64,000 bases of DNA. Source: Chrysomallon squamiferum (lineage: Eukaryota > Animalia > Mollusca). This document shows, in pieces, positions 24,331 to 36,997 of this stretch. The stretch's first letter is position 1; each line of letters begins with the position of its first letter. The notes under the pieces were generated by a model. That model saw only the letters and a program-made list of their open reading frames with translations. It was not told the DNA's origin and did not search any database. The stretch is taken from assembly GCA_012295275.1 (NCBI GenBank), contig CM022667.1, forward strand, positions 21,080,001-21,144,000, written 5' to 3'. The translations under genes were made by a program, and so were the position numbers.

Positions 24331-26589
24331 AATGGGAAGACATCTGCATCTTCCCATAGAAACCTTTTTATTGTGATGATTATTATCATTACAGTCATGA
24401 CTACTTCTGCTGCTACTACTGTTATTATTATAATATTTTTATTAAGTGTGACATGAGTTATTATAAATCAAAAATCATTTTCACTTAGTCAAGCCTTCCT
24501 TCTTACCAGAAACAGAGGAAAGAAGTGTGGCCTTAAGACCTAAAGGATGAATGTTTCGCACTTAAAGAAACTTACAGTGTAGAGAAGAATTGGTTTCAGT
24601 TAGTGGGGTTCCTGTGTGAGTATGGTGTATTTGATTTGTTTTGTTTTCAAGTAAGACTAGTGTATATAGTTTATGTTGTAACTGTAGATTCAGTATATAT
24701 GATCTACATGGTGTCAGTCTGTTTTATGCATATGATGAAGTGTATGTTGTCTAATTGATTTGTATTCTTTTTTGATTTTTCTGTAAACTTAATCCTGTTG
24801 CCTTAATAAATGAATGCTCAAGTTTCTAAAGGAAACTACTGTTTGTTGATCCTATAAAAAATTTAAATGCTCTGTCTATATTCAGTAATGTCTAATTACT
24901 GATAATAAAGGAAATTAATTTAACTAAATATTTATTGCATCATTACATCTAGACAAGCATTTTGTTTCTGTGCCTGTTGCTGAGATGTCAAATTCTCTGC
25001 ACTAAATCCCGAGTTGACTCTTCCTGTGCCCAAGGCACTGTTTCCTGTTGATTCTGAAAGATGAAGAAGCAATGTATGAAATTTTAGGTTATATAAGAAC
25101 ATAATTATGAATAAAAAAATAAGAATAATAAAAAATATTTTCATACTGAACATGTCAAGTTTAGTATGTTTTACAAGAAGAAGTCCTGAATAAATAATTT
25201 ATAAGTTCTCTCCATAGAAACCTTTTTATTATGATGATTATTATTATAATTACAATCATGACTGGACTGGCTGTATCTCTGTAAAAGGATATAGTATATA
25301 AATTTTCATTGATCAGTAACATATTTTGTTTTGTCTTCCATTTTATTTCTCCATTAACTTAACATTGTTCTCAAAATGGTTTTACTTATTAATTATATCA
25401 GGGTTAATTAATCAGTTTTAGGAATAACAATATAGTTATTTAAACGTACTAATTAATTTTGTTTTCATGCTTAAGTCAAATGTGTTCAACTGTATTTATC
25501 TTTTTTCTTTGATAAAGTAAAAGAAAATTGGTTAACAATTAATTAAATTTAAATATTTAAACTTTGTCTTCTTTGATGATTTTATTTGTATATGCTGGTA
25601 ATTTTATATAAATGTTTCATAAAGCATGCCTATTTTCTTGAAATTTTAAATGTTTAGTTAGGATAGTACAGAATCAATGTAATAATGGTTTATACACCAA
25701 CAAACCTTGTAGTAATTTACATGCCAGCCTAATAGAGTTGTGAACAGAACAGTTGTACAAATTTGTAATTTGCTGTTATTAATATCTCTCTCTGATCTCA
25801 AAAAAAAAAGATAGATTTAATACAGGTGAAAGATATTTACAATATTAAACTGATTGAAGTTAAGAATATAAAAACCTTTAATAATTTTTATTATTAAAAT
25901 TGTACGGGAAAAATAAAATTTGGACTAAAATTCTTCTAGGTAAGACAGTGAAATTCATTTAGAGCTGACAACAAAAATACTACTTGCATTTTATTTTATG
26001 TTTAGTTTATTAATGAATATTATATTTTGTTGTAGGATCCTAGACAACAGATTCAGGTGGCCTCAGCCAGCACTTCAGAAAAGGTTCACTAGAGCACCAG
26101 AATGCTATAACATCACAGTCTTCACTGTCCAGGGAAAGCTCAACTTTCAAAAGAAAATCTGTCTGAAATGTTATAACTTTAATCTAATTTGAATTTATAT
26201 ATGCTTTCTTTTAAATTTTGTTCTAACATGTTTTAAAACATGTATTTTGTGTTCTATTAGATTTAGGCAACATTTTTTTCATCTTACTACTCCAGAGTTA
26301 AAGAACAGACTGGCATTTCTGAAGAGAAATAATTTTGAAAACTCGGTGATCTTTAAGAGACTGCATTGTCAATGTGATCAGAACATCCAGTGTACACATT
26401 GTACTTCATAGCAGCTTGCACTGTTTTTATCATTGATATGTGCTTGGTTATTCTAATTTTTATCGCTGAAAGAGGAATGGAGATTCATCATTGCTGTGGA
26501 ATGCCATCTTTTTTTGAAGAAAACAAAAATAACGTCATAGTGCCTAGAGGTGTTCATTCTTTTAATCATCTAATTTTTACATTATTTAA

Positions 26590-27590
26590 ATCAGTGGAAA
26601 ATCAAGGGTTTGCTGGGGGTAATCAATGTAAATTATGTAATTAGGGATAATTAGAATTTTTAATAAAAAATATACAAAACCTTTTTTTTTCATTTTTATT
26701 TAAATCGGGGGAAATCTAGGGTTTGCTGGGGGTATTGAATGTAAATATAATTTGAAGACTAAGTAATAAGGGATATTTAGAATTTTTTATAAAATAACCA
26801 AAAAACCACTAAAAAAACGGTTTCTTTATATAATTTATAACAGGGCAAAATCAGCAGTTTGCTGGGGGTAATCAGTGTAAATATAACTGAAAATTATGTA
26901 ATTAGAAATTTTTTTAAATAAAAAAACAAAAACAATTAACTTTTTTTTTCTTTATATTATTGAAATCAAGGGTTTCCTGGGGTTAATTATGAAAATATAA
27001 TTGAAAATTATATAATTATGGGTAATTAGAATGTTTTGCAAAAAAAAAAAAGAACAACCCTTTTTATCTTTATCTTATTTAAACAAGAAAATCAAGGGTT
27101 TGCTGGGGCTAATCAATGTAAGTATAAAACTATTTTATAACTGAAGATTATGGAATTAGTGGTAATTAGAATTTTCTATAAAAAAACAACAACAAAAAAC
27201 AAATATTTTTTTCTTTATATTATTTAAATCAGGAGAAAATCAAGGGTTTGCTGGGGTAATCAGTCTCTAAATATATTTAAAATTATGTAATTAGGGGTAA
27301 TTCGAATTTTTTTAATAAAAAAACAATAAAAGAAAAACACCAACATTTATTTTTCTTTAAAAAACAACAAAAAAATAAAATAATTTATCTTTTTTAATAT
27401 TACTTAAATCGGAGCAGACCAAGTGTTTCTGGGAGGAATCAGTGTAAATATAATTGAAGATCATGTAATTAGAATTTTTTATTTAAAATATTATTTAAAT
27501 TGGGGCAAACCCAGATTAAATTGGGGATAATCAATATAAATATAATTTAAGATTATGTAATTAGGGTAATTAGAATTTTTTTATAAGAAT
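26590..27590. repeat. Satellite, ~110-170 bp unit, about 8 copies
   Basis: aaatcaagggtttgctgggggtaatcaatgtaaa...taattag...aattagaatttt recurs at about 26600, 26712, 26848, 26963, 27089, 27237, 27418 and 27515, separated by variable A/T tracts. Confidence 0.85.
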
Positions 27591-28670
27591 ACCCACATAC
27601 CAAAACATTTTTTTTTTTTTTGACATTATTATTTTTTATATAGAAGAAACAGAAGAAACAAATGTAAAGAAAAACAGAAGCTGAATGACAATACAAAAAG
27701 AATGAAGACCATGAAAAAAGAAAGAAATAAAATAAAAATATAATAATAATAAATATAAAACTAAGGAAGGAAACAAAGAAGAAATGAATGAAAAGTAACA
27801 CAGCAATCATTATCCATATAAGTATTATACACATTTAGCAGTAAAAAAAAATCAGTCACATATATATATTAACAATTATTCAGTAATTTCCACATAAAAT
27901 TAACATCCATTAAATAAAAAAAATTCAGCAATCTTTTCAACAATATTTATTGACCATCTGCAGAAATTTCAAAAACACTGTCATATAGTTAAAATATTGT
28001 AATTAATAACATGATAAACTCATTACAATAGCATGAAATATTAGAATGACAAATAACTCTAATTCATTCTAGAGTCAACCATGAATATTATAATCTCCAT
28101 TCACTGTTATTTAAATGTTGTCACAATTTAAGTGTTTAAAATAAAAAAAATTATTTCAGTTTAAATCAGAAACATAAAGTGAAACATTTACCTGTTACAC
28201 ATGTATTGTAATGTGTTCAAACAGTTAATTTACTCTTTACAAAAACACAGGTACTCAGCACATTAACTATTAACAAAGTAGACTTGATATTCAACATGGA
28301 GTGGATTTGTAGACAGACACTGTAGACTGAGGATTACTTCTAACGAAACATAAAATTGAACATTTCCAAAATGTATTACTTTTACAAATAGTTTGGATAG
28401 TAAGTGTAATAGTTCATGTGTGTACATATGTGTATATCTGCATGTCTGTATGTTTATCTATGTGTATGTGTATAAATATGTGTGTGACTGTGTTTGTGTA
28501 TGTGTGTGGATGGCACCGATAGCCTGTGTTTGTCACTGAGAACATTTATATTTAATTTAAATACAGTACATAGATAAACAATAACAGACAGACAGACAGT
28601 TATTCACTTGACAAATTTACTTTTGTTCTTTGTTTTTAAAGTGATTACTATTTTGTTAAATAATTTTACT

Positions 28671-29323
28671 TTATGACCAGATTAAAGAAGAGATCAGTTT
28701 CAGTAAAGCAGAATTCTTTGATAAATCAGTTACAGGTAAAAGTTTCACTTTCACATCAAATAAAGGATAATTGTAAACAGCAAACACAGGTATCAACGGT
28801 TGTGACATGTCAACATCAGTCAGTGTGTGTACAAGTGTGTTAGTGTCTGTGTCTACTATGTGTAGTCTTTTACTTTCTGTGTCTAGTACTAGTGTAAGTG
28901 ATGTGTGGACTAGTGTGTTTGTTTCTTAGTCACACACTGGACTATCACACTTTCCTTCACTGCAGGATGTAGCAACTAAACACATTTTATTGTGTCTCCC
29001 ACAACTACCAAAATTAACACCCCAAGCATGTTTATTATTACCTATTCCAGTTTCCTCATCGCAGTGTCCCTGTACACAAACTCCAATCTGAGCTGCTATT
29101 TTATTCAGAATTTTACTTTTCAAAATCTGACAGGTGATTTCACTTTGCCATAAGTAGCATTTGTTTTCTCTGAAATATGTGTCACCTGTTACTCCAAATA
29201 TAACTTTCATCCTGCCTTCATTTTGGGGTTTTTCTACAGATCTTTTGTTAACTAATTCCTTATTTTCATTAACACAACATTTCTCCCAGTTTAGTGTTTT
29301 TTCTGCAAACTTCATTGTTGTCA
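28671..29323 (-). CDS. B30.2/SPRY-like terminal exon of the TRIM gene, with an internal TAA at 28926-28928
   Basis: Acceptor ttttattttgacag, phase 1. Translation ...FGVTGDTYFRENKCYLWQSEI...QIGVC...GIGNNKHAWGV...CD*ETNTLVHTSLTLVLDTESKRLHIVD...VHTLTDVDMSQPLIPVFAVY...IWS* shows SPRY hallmarks (Y-W, IGV, W, LD-x3-L, PLxPxF) on both sides of the stop. Confidence 0.75.
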
Positions 29324-29648
29324 CTGTCAAAATAAAATTTGTTGTTAAATATTTCGCTTTTACAAACTGCACTGTCCTTTATACAATTGTTAACAATCAA
29401 ATACAATTTTAAAAATTATGTTTTTACACTTCAAAAATGAAAGTAAATAAATAAAATGTTTTATTAAAATAATTTATTTCTACATTTAAGTTTTATTATA
29501 ATGTTCTTCTCTTTCAATATACACAACTGATAATTATATATATTTTTTTAAACATTTATTGTTATTATTATTGTTGTCTTTATCAATATTATCATCATGT
29601 ATTCTCATCATCATTATTATAAGTAAATAAATAAAAATTGTTACTCAC

Positions 29649-29724
29649 AGAAAATTTCTCTGTAGATTCCTCTGACTCGCAGGTTCAGGTTGCAAACAGA
29701 GTAGTTTCCTTGTTTTCGGTGATT
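29649..29724 (-). other. Candidate 76-nt cassette exon in the TRIM intron
   Basis: aattacag acceptor and gtgagt donor. Open in phase 1 (ESPKTRKLLCLQPEPASQRNLQRNF) but the length is not a multiple of 3. Confidence 0.4.
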
Positions 29725-32198
29725 CTGTAATTATTGTTATTATTATTATTATTAATGTAGCAAATGTAAAATCAGAAATAATAGTAGTAGTGGTTTTACA
29801 AGAAAAATTAATGTTAAAACTTTTAATTATTTTTCTAACTTAGTAACTAGGAATAGCAGTGCGAAAAATAAAAATACTGAATGGCAGAATTATTAAAATA
29901 CTAATTACCTAATTAAACTGATCTATACAAAATCTATAAATTCAGTCAAAATTAACTGTTAACAATGAACATATTGTCTCCATGTTCAAGTGTGGCTGCA
30001 ACCAGACAGGACACGCGACTCGTTATTTTAAGTAGGTCAACTGATGCAAAAGTAAAATCTGCCGTAATAACTATAATAATAACTTATATTTAATGATCAA
30101 ATTGCTGTATATTTCCAAATTAACGTTGTAATCAATGTTAAATCATGAATGTACCTCGAAATTGTTTTATACACACAATAAAGTCTTATGCAATGACGAA
30201 GCTCGAAATGCCACCGACATCAAATTTAATATTAATGAAAAATTATTATTTAAAATAACAAACTTTATAAGTTTTATTTTATTTTATTTTATTTTATTTT
30301 CGCATAATTTACGTTTGAACTTTAGATGCCTATTTAAAGTATTTAGTCATATTATTGTTTTTAAGGTGGTTAAAACGTTACAGCGTGCCACTTTAAAAAA
30401 AAAAAGAAAGAAAGAAAAAGATATGCCTAACAACTCTGAATAGCACATATAACTTTCTTGACACATGTACCTAGTTTTTTCAGTCTTAAGCAACATAAAT
30501 ATATAGTTTGTAAAAAAATTAATACACATACACATATAAACACACATCCGTGTGTGTGTGGGTGTTACTTAAAAGGACTACAAGCATTTGATTTTTAACC
30601 ACAATTTTCTGCCATACACAAACTCGGCTAAAGCTTTGAGCCCACTCCAGAAAGGTATTGCAGGTACTAATCAGGGACAATAAAATGCCTTTAATCATGA
30701 GACTAAAGGCAATTAAAGGCGCAGGTGTGGTAACTTGGATATTTGATCAGAAATAAAAGCGTTTTCTTAGTTTTGTACTTGCTGCGATTTGACTGCAAAC
30801 AAAAGTTATTTATCATCCGATCATTATTAGTATTTTCTCCCATGGAGCTAATCAACACTTCAAGCAAAAATAAACAATCTTTTAAAAATCAATTATTGAT
30901 ACTTAAAATAATAATAGTAAAAAATAACAAAGAATTAGAGTGATTAATTTTAATTCAGGAATCGTGTAAGAAATTTTGGATTCATCGAGTTTCATTCTCC
31001 GTTTATCGCGAGGATTTTGCAAACAAAATAATTGTCTGTGTTTTAAAGTAATATCATTTTCAGTAAGTTTAACAAACGCGAGTGGTAATCTAGCAGTCAT
31101 GATTAACTTTCGGAGCTGAAGTGTTTGTCCTAAAACTGACCACATGACAGGCCGTTACTAAATTTAGCGCATAAATTTATTTGTACAAATCCTAATAGCA
31201 AATGTGGGTAATCTGCGACGCTTTTTCAAAGGATGCATATGCACAATTTGTATTAAACGAACAATTTCTCTTATAGATCTTACAGTAAATATAACTCATA
31301 TTTGTAGCTGCATGTTTTACTCGTAGGTGTCTCTTACTCATCTCAATGGATACTGACTTTACTGCGGCCACGTTGTATATTTTCAGATATTGTAGGTCAT
31401 TACAGTAATGGTGATCTCTCCCCAACCCCGTCAGCCAACGATTTATAAATATAATACAATATTTTTATCAGGTTATTGGATGTTGGCCTACTTTTAAACT
31501 ATAGGAATCCTATCTAGATAAATAATATAAATAAACAGAATAATAAAGGCATCAGTTATATACTATTTTTATTTTCATATTACCATGTTAATACCTGTAC
31601 CCATATTACCACATCAATAATTATGTTTGTATGGCAATTAACTTTCTACACAATTGAATAAAAAAACATTGGTTGAAAAAATCATGCCCTAACAGTAAAA
31701 TCTGCCCTCTGAAAGAAACAACAACAACAATTAAGTTCGCTGGAATTTATTTATTTAAACGTTAGACTTAATCAGAATATAACAGCGGAGTCCAGATATT
31801 TTATAATTGTACTATATTCTTATACACTGTTATTAAATGAAACTGTACAGGAAAATAAAAGTAGTCAAGCTATTACTACACTGATAATGACAGCCAGTGT
31901 TGATAGTGTCGTGATGTGGCTGTAGTACAGTTGTTGCAATGACAATGTATGCTGTTTAGTTACGCGATTTTGGTGGCTTATTGATGGTGCTAAGTAGTTA
32001 AATGAATAATAAAATTAGTATTATTAGAAAACAAATCATTATATTACTTAAAAACATGTTCATCCCCTGACGCCATTTATAGGATAGAAATTAAATAAAT
32101 AAATAAATAAAAATTATCCGAACCCAAGAACCTGTTTCCCCGATATTCATATTATTTTTCTTGATGTTTAAACAATAAAGAAAATATTTCTAACTCAC

Positions 32199-33570
32199 CG
32201 TTTTCTCTGCTGTGAAACACAAACTGCTCCTCTTGTAGGTTTTCGCCGTTGATAGTGAGTGAGATTTTGTGCGGACCTGTCACCTCGGGCTTGAACGGGA
32301 AACTTCCAGTAATAGCAGAAACAGAAGTCAACGTTTGTTTTACAGCTGACTCGTTTCCTCCTGGCGGTTCGATAACAGCATCGATTTTTATATTTTCATC
32401 ATCATCTTCTTCTAACAACGTCGTGTACGCGAGAACGTCGGAAACTTGCCCCTTTCCAACGTCAGACAACTGAATGTAGGGGCGGAACCGCGAGACGTTA
32501 CACAAGGTTGCTGATCTGTCTAAGCTTCTTTCAACGCGTTTCAAAAACTTGAAATCTACATCAACATTTTCTATTTGCAGTTCAGGCAGTGAAAGTGACA
32601 AAGACTTTATTTTGTTTTCGAGCCTTCCTGACGTCTGGATAAGGTCAGTCTCTGTAGCAAATTGAAATACCTTTTGGCAATAAAGAAAATGTTCATCGTT
32701 TAACTTTTCTGTCTTTTCTACAACTTCCAGCTGTTCATCTCTGTCAGATTTTTGTTTTCTTACATTGTACACTACGTCTTCCTTCATCTGTGTTGTGACG
32801 AGACAAATCTTGTTTACTATTGTCTTGTGCATTTCATCAATCTCATTTGAAAGATCGTGCTGTATTTTATCAAGAGTGTTCTTTTCTTCATTTAGTTTCT
32901 CTCTGTATGCTGCACACTGTTTTCTTGATTCAAGTAAATCACTCAAGGCAGTTTTGATTCGTTTTTTATGTTCATCGTAGACATCGTTCGACTTAGACAG
33001 CGTGTGATTCAAATGTTCCACAAGAATGCAGGACGAACAGGCAGCTAACGAACAAGTTTTGCAGAAAATATCTTTTTTCATATTGCTGTGTTGCTCGCAA
33101 ATACCTCGGTGGTGGAAAAAGTCGCTTTCTGACAGTTCTGATATTGGAAAAGTCTTGTGATGTTGTAAAAGTGTAAAGTTTTTATGGAATTCAGAGCAAA
33201 ACTCGCACATCGGCTGAGAACAGTCGAGACAGTACAGAGTTGCCACAGAACTGTTGGGACACTTCTTGCACATAACCTTCTCTGTATTGTTTTTTAGTGC
33301 AATGTACTCAACAAGATTACAAACAGTTTTATTCTTAGGAAATGTTGCCTGAGTGCTGTTTTCAACAGGCCACGCTTTCTGACAGTTCGGACATGTTATA
33401 TCTTGCGCTGATTTCTGCCAAAGTGCTTCCAAACACTGGTAACAAAAGGTGTGGTCACAAGGCAAAAGATGAGGCATTCTACCGGCGTCGTCAAAATATT
33501 CTAAACACGGTTCACAAATCACGAACTCGTTTTTTATTTCGAGCACAGGAATAGCAGCCGTTTCCGCCAT
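32199..33570 (-). CDS. Tripartite-motif (TRIM) E3 ligase main exon: RING, B-box1, B-box2, coiled coil, filamin repeat
   Basis: C3HC4 RING (CEPC..PCDHTFCYQC..CPNC), B-box1 (CKKC..CLDC..CEFC..H..HH), B-box2 (CEQH..CKTC..CSSC..HLNH), a helical region, and a filamin-like FKPEVTGPHKISLTINGENL. Strong donor AACG|gtgagt at 32199/32198 (phase 1). The unspliced ORF would end at 32152. Confidence 0.93.
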
Positions 33571-35098
33571 TGTCTTTGGCCTAATTCTTCGACTTGTTTC
33601 ACTAGTGTGTATTCACTGAAGATCAAATTTGCTGCACTTAAGACGCATCCATTAATTTCATTTCGAGTCAGTGTTCCTTTCAGACATTGTATCTATTTCA
33701 AACATTCTTGTACTATGAAATTATATGTTAAGATATTTCTCGCATAATCTGAAATGAGATCGATTCTTATTGTTAGTATTTTTCTCATAGAAAGAAGTAA
33801 TTATTTTATTACAAAATATATATTGAGCAGACTGGTTTGTCAAAGCCATTCTTGTTTGTATGACATAGTTTTACATCTCCCTAGTGAACTCTGGGTAGGA
33901 GCTCTGATAATAACAGTTATTTTAAACCTATCTTAAAGAAACAGGAAACTTCAAAAAATAAAATCTGCTCCTATGGTTTACCATCCTCCAAGAAGTCTCG
34001 ATGTCACTGCGCAAGTGCAAAATTAAAATTGATCCGTGTACCGAAAAGGACTACTAAATTTACATTATTATTATTACTATTGCTACTACCACCAACACTA
34101 CTACTATTACTACTACCACGATTACAACAACTACTGCTGTTAGTACTACAGAGCTAGTAATATAAATTAAAAATACAAAGACAAAATACCTGAAATATAG
34201 TCAAGTTTTCGTTTAGATCTTCTTGCTGTTACAAACACACTTTGTAACTTTAGTCTTTATTAAAGTCGTTATATGATCCTATATGATAGTAACAGTTTGT
34301 AACAGTGTTAGTTATTAAACAAGGTTTCGCTGGTAATAGTGATTATCATCTGTAGAATGTTTTTTTTTATCCTTTTCTTCTTTTTTTAAACCACTGTTTG
34401 TAATGATAACAGATATTAACGTCGTTATATGTTTGCATTTTGTTGCTAAATACAAACACAGTTTTGCCGTCCTACGTCATTTTATAACAACACTGAGAAA
34501 ATAGTCCCATAACTGCAGGTATTCAAAATCTTCTTATATGGTTTATATTAATCACTGCGATATTACCATGACTCGTGACCTCTTCCTTTTAAACAGGGTC
34601 GTATCTAATAACCTTGTTAAGATACAACAAAGTAATTTTTAAATAAAGTTCGAAGACATATTTCATGTCTTTTTATTTGTCTGTGTGCTAATTTGTTTTC
34701 CTTCTTTATCATAAATAAAATGTAGTTTTCTTTGGTTATATTTTAATGAAAAATTTGAAAGTTACTTATTGTTGTTACCTTCCCGGTATAAAAACAGTCA
34801 TTACCAGTGTTTGTAAACAACCGATAACCAGTTAGCACTCACAGCTTTTTCTTGTTACTGTAAATTTAAACTCTTGTTTCGACTGTGAAAGCTGTCTGAG
34901 TCATCACATTCTTCAGTTTTTATTTCTTCTAGACACATCCGAATCTGAAAGTATCAAGCGGGTACAATGTTGTTGGTGCTGTTGGTCTGAGCGTATCTTT
35001 GTTTTTGTTGTTGCTTTTATTATTATTATTATTATTATTATATTTTTTAAAATTTGTTTATCATTTTTCGTTTAATTTATGATATTTCTTTTACCATC

Positions 35099-35099
<1 letters not shown>

Positions 35100-35158
<59 letters not shown>
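35100..35158. repeat. (CT)n microsatellite
   Basis: Direct read. (AAT/TTA)n tracts also occur at about 9005-9062, 15708-15747, 21770-21820, 36145-36207, 36929-36968 (followed by AAG repeats) and 38565-38619. Confidence 0.95.
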
Positions 35159-35163
<5 letters not shown>

Positions 35164-36144
35164 TTTTTGTTGTGTTTTTTTGTATTCAATTTAACTTTCA
35201 GTCAGTTTGAAATTTTTACAGAAATATTATTTTCCGTTCCTGACATACCTTAACCTTTTGTCTAATGTAATTTCATCACCCCTTTTTTCTATTTATTTAT
35301 TTATTTGTTTGTTTGTTTGTTTGTTTGTTTGATTGTTTGTATATTTATTTATTTTTTATTTAATCTGTTTGTTCGTTCGTTCTTTCGTTCTTTTCTCTTT
35401 TTTCTATTTTTATTATTTTTTACACATTACATAGTGTCAGTGAATAGTTTTAGTAATAAAATATTTATTATTTTTATTCGGTTCTATTTACCTGTCTCTA
35501 TCAGTGACACTTTATAAATAAATCATTTTAAATTCTTGACCCGAAAAAAAATACAAGAAAAAGAAAAAGAACAATCAAAATAAAAGGAATATGGAAATAA
35601 ATATAAATACAAACAAACAACAAATATTTAAATTAAAATATTTGCTATTCTGATTCCCCTTATTTTCTGATTATTGAATAGACCCTGAAGTCTTCATTGT
35701 CTTGTTCTCTTGTTTTACAGCAACACGCATTTGTCAACGATCATATCTCCTGTCGACTCAAGTTCACTTTGATATAAGTATAATCACTCGTCCAAATTCC
35801 ATTGAACGTTTTGCTTGCGGTAATATTCCAAGAAGAATATTTTAAAAGGTACCTCACCTCTCCCTCTCTCTCATCGTATCTGAGCCATATTCTTATCGCT
35901 ATTTATCTTTTCTCTTTTCTTTTTTCACTCGCTCTCTGTCTCCTATCCACATATACAGATAGATACAGACCAAGAGTCTACATTTTTATGCTGAATATTT
36001 TTGTTTAAAAAAATAAAAATAAAAAAAATAAAAAACATGTGTTTAATTATCTAACTTTTATAACAATGAATGTTCGTGGTTTTTGTAAAATAAATAAACA
36101 AATACATAAAAAATAAATAACAACAACTTTTGGTTTTCATCTTC

Positions 36145-36209
<65 letters not shown>

Positions 36210-36613
36210 CTTATTATCTATTATTTATTTTTGTTTTAGTCCGGGTAACCGTATTTGTTTAATATTTATATTAAATAACTGAATATATAGCATTTATCAC
36301 AAATATCCATGGACAGGGAAACAAAATCAAATTAATTAAATGTTATCATTAGCAAGATGAATAAAAAAGAGAAAAATTGACCTTCTTTAAACTGAAAAGT
36401 TGAGTCTAAGAATGAATATCCACTGAAAATTATTACCGTAAGAAATACAGTTTATAAATGAAGTGTGGATGATTAATCATTTTGATACTCAATTTTATTT
36501 ATAAACTCGTGGCACTTTTCTCACAAACCTGTACACGGAACAAAGCAACAATCGTTAATAATACATTTTAAAATCAGTCGACAGAAACCGAATACATAAT
36601 AACTTTAATCTCT

Positions 36614-36928
36614 TACCTGAAAATATAGAATCTATTCTGTACAACAGAAAATAAACGTTCATCAGGTTTAAAACTAAAATAGACGTATTTGTTAAGGTGG
36701 GCGTTTCTTTCAGCACGTGACATTAAATAGAATCAGCAGTTGCTTATGTCAGCCATGTTTATCGGAATTCAATTTTATCTACATGCGACTCTTAAAGCAT
36801 GATATTTTGAAGAAACGGATATTATAAAAATAAATATATTTAAAGTAACGTCTCCTACTAATCAAAAGATAGTAATAAATCTAAATTAATTAACCAGCAC
36901 AGTATCTCATTCGTGATATTGATTTGCA

Positions 36929-36997
<69 letters not shown>

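Noticed and set aside
28926-28928. Selenocysteine recoding of the SPRY stop
   Set aside because: The codon is TAA, not TGA.
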